64,000 nucleotides of DNA from a bacterium (GTDB lineage: Bacteria > UBA8248 > JACPRG01 > G963555815), in the NCBI GenBank assembly GCA_963555815.3, contig CAUVWX020000001.1:32001-96000 (forward strand). Direction: 5' to 3'. The notes below the pieces were generated by a model. It worked only from the letters and a program-made list of their open reading frames with translations. It was not told the origin of the DNA and did no database searches. A program made the position numbers and the translations under genes. Below, piece by piece: positions 59,344 to 64,000 of the stretch (position 1 is its first letter; each line of letters opens with the position of its first letter).

Positions 59344-60216
59344 CTACTTCCCGTGAGACGACCGCAGCGGCCGGGGGGCCTGAACCAGATAGGCCACCTC
59401 GGCGCCGTAGAGAACGAGAATCCAGGTGAAATACAGCCAGAGGAGGAAAATGGGGATGATTCCCAAAGAGCCGTAGAGCTGGGTCAGGGTGGAAAAGTGA
59501 TTCACATAGCTGTCGAAACCGAATTTGGCCCCTTCCCAAAGCGTCCCCGCCACCAGGGCGCCGGAGAGGGCACTCATCCAGCGAATCCCCCCTCTCGGCA
59601 GAAAACGGTAGAGGACAAAGAAGGCCGCCCAAGTGATGAAGAGGGGGCGGATGAGGGCATCTCTTTGGTAGGCCCAAGCCAGATAGGGAACCGGCTCCAC
59701 CCTCGAACTGAAATAGAGAAACACCGCAATAAGAATGGGGACCAGTGTGAGGGCAACCCAGAAGATGAAAAACCGAGCAAAAAAGGGACGGCTCTTCGGG
59801 ATCTGCCAGATCCGCAAAAAAACCTTCTCCAGCATCGTGAGCAAGGAAAAGGCCATGAAGATCAGGAAGACGAATCCGAAGAAACTCAAAGTCCCAGCGT
59901 TTTCTGAAAAGGTCTGGATATAGTTGTAGATGAGGTCTCCAGAGCCCGGCAGGAAGTGGGCAAAGAGCAGCGAGCGCACCTGCTCTCCTGCGGCGGCCGA
60001 AGCGGAGAAGACGCTGAAGATCGAGAAGGAGAGGACCGTGATGGGGACCAGGGCGAAGAGCGTGGTGAAGGCGAGGGCTGCAGCCCAAGAAGGGCACTGA
60101 TCGGCAAAAAATTTCTTGATAGACCGGGCGAAGACCCCCACCGCGAAGCGGCCCGCCCCTCGGATCCCTCGCGCTCCGTGTCCCTGGGCTATTGGAAGGT
60201 CTTCCTCAGGCCCCAA
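59344..60216 (-). CDS. YihY/virulence factor BrkB family membrane protein
   Basis: AAALAFTTLFALVP, YGSLGIIPIFLLWLYFTWILVLYGAE. Confidence 0.9.
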   Translation of the reverse strand: MGPEEDLPIAQGHGARGIRGAGRFAVGVFARSIKKFFADQCPSWAAALAFTTLFALVPITVLSFSIFSVFSASAAAGEQVRSLLFAHFLPGSGDLIYNYIQTFSENAGTLSFFGFVFLIFMAFSLLTMLEKVFLRIWQIPKSRPFFARFFIFWVALTLVPILIAVFLYFSSRVEPVPYLAWAYQRDALIRPLFITWAAFFVLYRFLPRGGIRWMSALSGALVAGTLWEGAKFGFDSYVNHFSTLTQLYGSLGIIPIFLLWLYFTWILVLYGAEVAYLVQAPRPLRSSHGK

Positions 60217-60283
60217 TGGGGAACGAAGCCTCCCTTTTTTCTACGAAGTGGAAAGCGCGCGTCTTTCCGCTGGCCATACCCGC

Positions 60284-60991
60284 CTAGAGGCCGTAGTGCC
60301 AGGGATAGCCCTGGGCAGCCCAATAACTGCTCGGGTGCTCTTCTAGGAAGGCGAGCGCGATGAGCCCCTTGACATTCTTATAGCCGATGTGGGTTGGGCA
60401 GATGAGGCGAAGGGGGCCTCCGTGCTCGGGGCTCAGCGGTTCATCATTCAGTTCGTAGACGAGGAGGGTCTGGGGATGGCGGGCCGACTGGAGATCTAGG
60501 GAATCCCAGTAGTCGTCGGCCGCGACAAAGGCGACGTATTTGGCCTCTGGACGAACGCCGACCAGGTCAAGGAAATGGCTGAGGGGTACCCCCTTCCACT
60601 TGGCGATGGCGGACCATCCTTCCACGCAGATGATCTCCGTGATCTGGGTCCGGGAGGGCATCTGTTTAAAATCTTCCAGCCGAAAGGGTTTTGGATTCTC
60701 CACTTTACCGCTCAGGCGCATAAACCAAGTGTCTGGGGGCATTCTGGGCGTGATGCCATGATAGTTGTTCTTGAAGTCGGGACGGGTGATGTCGGCCTCG
60801 GTGAACTCCGGGGCGAGACGATTCTTGCCGAACACCAATTGGCCCAGTTGGTCATTTTTCTTCGCGAACCACTCGAAGAACTTCTGTGCCAACCTGCTAT
60901 CGTTCGTTGCCCGGGTCACCTTGGCGCACCCTGCCAGCAAGAGCACGCTCGAGACCTTGAGGAAGTTCCGGCGCCTTATCTCTTTCATCAT
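60284..60991 (-). CDS. Sulfite-oxidase-family molybdopterin oxidoreductase (MsrP/YedY-like), Tat lipoprotein
   Basis: RRRNFLK..LLAGC signal, CVEGWS, HGGPLRL, GYKNVK. Confidence 0.85.
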   Translation of the reverse strand: MMKEIRRRNFLKVSSVLLLAGCAKVTRATNDSRLAQKFFEWFAKKNDQLGQLVFGKNRLAPEFTEADITRPDFKNNYHGITPRMPPDTWFMRLSGKVENPKPFRLEDFKQMPSRTQITEIICVEGWSAIAKWKGVPLSHFLDLVGVRPEAKYVAFVAADDYWDSLDLQSARHPQTLLVYELNDEPLSPEHGGPLRLICPTHIGYKNVKGLIALAFLEEHPSSYWAAQGYPWHYGL

Positions 60992-61117
60992 CTAACCCCC
61001 CCTCGAATCCCCAGGCCGGACGGCCAAGGGAAAAGGACAGGTTCTGGGAGCATTCCGTGCAACTCGCCTTCTTGGGCCCTGTTTATCAGTCCAGGTACGA
61101 ATCATTACTTTAATTTC

Positions 61118-61146
61118 ATTATAGAACGCACACCTCTACCTGGCAA
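61118..61146 (-). promoter_or_regulatory. sigma70-type promoter for the molybdoenzyme gene
   Basis: TTGCCA-17nt-TATAAT. Confidence 0.7.
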
Positions 61147-61308
61147 CCTTTCCCCGGCTTAATCTCGCCAGCGGGCCGACAAACCAAGGGATCTCCTGAG
61201 ATTTCAGAAGCTTTCCCAAAGCATCCCAATAAGTTTTTAGTCCTTCGAAGGGATCCTGCGATCCCTGTAATGCGTCTCTCGACATTTGGGACGCTGAACT
61301 CATGAAGA

Positions 61309-61833
61309 TTAGGGATTCGGGGGGGGGGGATTGTGGGGACTCACGGCCTCTTTTTCGGCCCTCGCGTGGACCTTCCGCTCCTGGGCCACCAGCAGGTCCC
61401 TCACTTCCTCCATGAACTGGTTGACATCCTTGAAGGAGCGATAGACGGACGCGAAGCGGACGTAGGCTACGCCGTCCAGCTCATGGAGCTTCTGCATCAC
61501 CTTTTCCCCGATAATCTGGCTCTGAACCTCTTTTTCGCCGAGATCGAGGATGGCGCGTTCGATGCGGTCCACCAGGGCCTCCTGCTCCTCAGCGCTAACA
61601 GGGCGCTTCTCGAGGGCCTTCTGGATGCCCGCCGCGATCTTCATTCGGTTAAAGGACTCGCGTCTTCCCTCTTTCTTCACCACCAGGGGAAGGGTGTCTT
61701 CCACGCGCTCATAAGTGGTGAAGCGTCTGCTGCACTTCTCACACTGTCGGCGGCGGCGAACGGCGTTGCCGTCTTTGGCCAGTCGGGAGTCAATCACCCT
61801 CGTATCAGACAGTCCGCAAGCAGGACACTTCAC
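61309..61833 (-). CDS. nrdR: Transcriptional repressor NrdR
   Basis: KCPAC..VIDSR..RRRRQC..RFTTYE, ATP cone, AYVRFASVY. Confidence 0.97.
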   Translation of the reverse strand: MKCPACGLSDTRVIDSRLAKDGNAVRRRRQCEKCSRRFTTYERVEDTLPLVVKKEGRRESFNRMKIAAGIQKALEKRPVSAEEQEALVDRIERAILDLGEKEVQSQIIGEKVMQKLHELDGVAYVRFASVYRSFKDVNQFMEEVRDLLVAQERKVHARAEKEAVSPHNPPPPNP

Positions 61834-63116
61834 GAGGAGCCCTCCCCTCTGTTCGCGGCGCTGCCAGACACCAAGAGTTGACCCGCGTAAAGGGGAAAAC
61901 GCTGACAGAGTTCCTTGACCTCCCCGCGGATCTTCTCGGGGTCCTCGCCCCCAAGGACCTGGGCGATCCAGCGCCCGATCTCACCCATCTCCGTTTCCCC
62001 CATGCCTCTGGTCGTCACAGCCGGAGTCCCGATTCTGATTCCACTTGACACCATAGGGGGCCTGGGATCGAAGGGGACGGCGTTCTTGTTGACCGTGATG
62101 CCCGCCCTCTCGAGGCGATCCTCAGCCTCACGTCCGGTGAGGGGGTCTCCCCGCAGATCAATGAGCATCAGGTGATTGTCCGTCCCTCCAGAGATCAGCT
62201 TGAGGCCCGAATCCATGAGGCCCTTGGCCAGGGCCTTGGCGTTCGACACAATCTGCCGTTGATAGACCTGAAACTCCTCAGACTGAGCCTCCTTAAAGCC
62301 GACCGCCTTGGCCGCAATGATGTGCATGAGGGGTCCCCCCTGAAGCATGGGGAAGATCTTTTTATTGAGCCTCTTCCAAATCTCTTCGTCATTGCAGAGG
62401 AGAAAGCCTCCTCGGGGACCTCGGAGGGTCTTGTGGGTGGTCGCCGCCACGATGTCGGAAAAGGGGACCGGGTTGGGATGGAGTCCGGCGGCAACGAGCC
62501 CCGCAATATGGGCCATATCCACAAAGAGCCTGGCCCCGACCCCATCAGCTATCTCTCGAAACCTCTTGAAGTCGATGATGCGAGGATAGGCGCTGGCGCC
62601 CACCACGATGAGCTTTGGCCGGTGGGCCTGGGCCAATTCCTCCACCTGGTCAAAGTCGATCTCCTCCCGCTCGCGGTCCACCCCGTAGGGAATCACCTGA
62701 AAGAACTGGCCGGAAAAGTTGACGGGGCTTCCGTGGGAGAGGTGACCGCCGTGGGATAGATTCATCCCCAGGATCGTGTCCCCGGGCTTCAGAAACGTGA
62801 AATAGGCGGCCATCACCGCCTGAGTGCCCGAGTGAGGCTGGACATTGGAGTAGGCAGCGCCGAAGAGAGCCTCAACCCTCTCTCGGGCCAGGCGTTCCGC
62901 CTGATCCACATGCTCGCAGCCCCCGTAGTAGCGACGACCAGGAAGCCCCTCGGCGTACTTATTGGTCAGGATAGAACCCTGAGCCTCTAAGACCGCCGCG
63001 CTCACCGCATTCTCTGAGGCGATGAGCTCCAGGGTTTCTTCCTGCCGCTTGAGCTCCAGATCCAGAACCTCTGCGATCGCGGGGTCAACTTCCCTTAAGG
63101 GTGCCAGTCGCATCAC
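61830..63116 (-). CDS. glyA: Serine hydroxymethyltransferase
   Basis: [31 protein letters not shown]. Confidence 0.98.
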   Translation of the reverse strand: MMRLAPLREVDPAIAEVLDLELKRQEETLELIASENAVSAAVLEAQGSILTNKYAEGLPGRRYYGGCEHVDQAERLARERVEALFGAAYSNVQPHSGTQAVMAAYFTFLKPGDTILGMNLSHGGHLSHGSPVNFSGQFFQVIPYGVDREREEIDFDQVEELAQAHRPKLIVVGASAYPRIIDFKRFREIADGVGARLFVDMAHIAGLVAAGLHPNPVPFSDIVAATTHKTLRGPRGGFLLCNDEEIWKRLNKKIFPMLQGGPLMHIIAAKAVGFKEAQSEEFQVYQRQIVSNAKALAKGLMDSGLKLISGGTDNHLMLIDLRGDPLTGREAEDRLERAGITVNKNAVPFDPRPPMVSSGIRIGTPAVTTRGMGETEMGEIGRWIAQVLGGEDPEKIRGEVKELCQRFPLYAGQLLVSGSAANRGEGSS

Positions 63117-63574
63117 GAGGAGAGGATCTCCTCTTCAAGCTGGGCGATTTTATCAAGGCGCCGTTCATGGCGGCCGCCTTCGAACTTCACGTCTAGCCAT
63201 GTGGCCACGATCTCGCGGGCAACGCCCTCCCCCACAACACGTCCCCCCAAGACGAGGAGGTTCGCGTTGGCATGGGCCTTGGCCTGTCGGGCCGTATAGA
63301 CGTCATGGCAGAGGGCTCCCCGGACGCCTCGGAATTTATTCGCCACAATGCTCATCCCGATGCCCGTCCCGCAGACCAGGATGCCATGCTGAAAGCGGCC
63401 CTCGGACATCGCCTGGGCCACCTGCATTGCGTAGTCAGGGTAATCAACCGGGTTTTCATTCAAAGGGCCAAAATCCTCAAAACATTCCTCCCGCTCAAGG
63501 AGAAAAACCTTGAGGCACTCCTTCAGCTCAAACCCGGCATGGTCAGAGGCGAGGGCGAGCGTCCGAGAGTCCAT
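63113..63574 (-). CDS. rpiB: Ribose 5-phosphate isomerase B
   Basis: SDHAG, DYPD, CGTGIG, FEGGRH. Confidence 0.96.
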   Translation of the reverse strand: MDSRTLALASDHAGFELKECLKVFLLEREECFEDFGPLNENPVDYPDYAMQVAQAMSEGRFQHGILVCGTGIGMSIVANKFRGVRGALCHDVYTARQAKAHANANLLVLGGRVVGEGVAREIVATWLDVKFEGGRHERRLDKIAQLEEEILSS

Positions 63575-63760
63575 CCCTATTTTCCTATTCTGACGTGAAA
63601 AGGAGGAAACCCCTTCGGAGTTCCAACATAGGGTATCCTACTTTTACCTGATCCACAACCAATAGTAGAAGTTATCCTTACAACTGTTACTTTGTCCCTT
63701 GACGGGCACCGAGGCGTCACCCTACACTCCTTTGAAGGTGACTCATGTAATATGAAGATT

Positions 63761-64000
63761 ATGGGAAAGGTCTTGGATCGCCCGGTTATCGAGGCGACTA
63801 TATTCGACACCCACTTTGGGTGGTGTGGAGTGGCCGCGAGCAAGGCGGGCGTTAGACACGTCCTTCTTCCCCTTCCAGACCGTCGAGCTGTCCTTTTCGC
63901 CCTCAAACGCCTTGGGATCCCCGCCACTAAAGGGGCCAAGGGCGCCTCTTCATCTCTCCTGAAAGCGGTCTCTACCGTCCGGGCCTACTTCCAAGGTGAT
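63761..64000 (+). CDS. ogt: Probable methylated-DNA--protein-cysteine methyltransferase, N-terminal part only
   Basis: Manual translation ...IFDTHFGWCGVAASKAGVRHVLLP...VRAYFQG; catalytic PCHR motif would lie outside the window. Confidence 0.6.
   Translation, partial: MGKVLDRPVIEATIFDTHFGWCGVAASKAGVRHVLLPLPDRRAVLFALKRLGIPATKGAKGASSSLLKAVSTVRAYFQGD

Overview
GC-rich bacterial chromosome segment, almost all housekeeping genes on the minus strand. The gene order resembles Deltaproteobacteria/Nitrospinota-type diderms (inference only). In window order it carries: rplL-rplJ-rplA-rplK-nusG-secE-tRNA-Trp-rpmG-tuf plus four tRNAs; rlmB-cysS-ispF-ispD-PIN/TRAM; moaC; RNase P RNA; zinc-ribbon gene, tRNA-Ile2, rpoD, dnaG, mutS2; the his operon; murA-prmC-prfA-rpmE-rho-coaE; WYL and PHP genes; moaE/moaD; lipoate ligase with gcvPB/PA/H; futalosine genes mqnE/A/C/D; spoVG; a TSUP transporter; DUF3465, a ComEC-like MBL protein and pyrB; surA-mfd-aroE-rodZ; GT9; yihY; an MsrP-like molybdoenzyme; nrdR-glyA-rpiB; and a partial ogt. 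Two features stand out. (1) An AT-richer two-gene cassette (13759-15770) encodes an RnlA/LsoA-like HEPN RNase and an RNase HIII, with no visible antitoxin, between the zinc-ribbon gene and rnpB. It is a candidate RNase H-coupled defence/toxin module. (2) The TSUP (TauE/SafE) transporter has two in-frame TGA codons (UxxxU) in its N-terminus, each followed by a SECIS-like hairpin. It is a candidate membrane selenoprotein. Also notable are a PyrB fusion with a QLSLF clamp-binding-like motif, an EF-Tu with D21Q/D50N, acidic tails on NusG and L7/L12, and a ~165-nt rod-like intergenic structure. Several genes are broken by single extra homopolymer bases, probably sequencing artefacts. No CRISPR array, integrase or transposase was seen.
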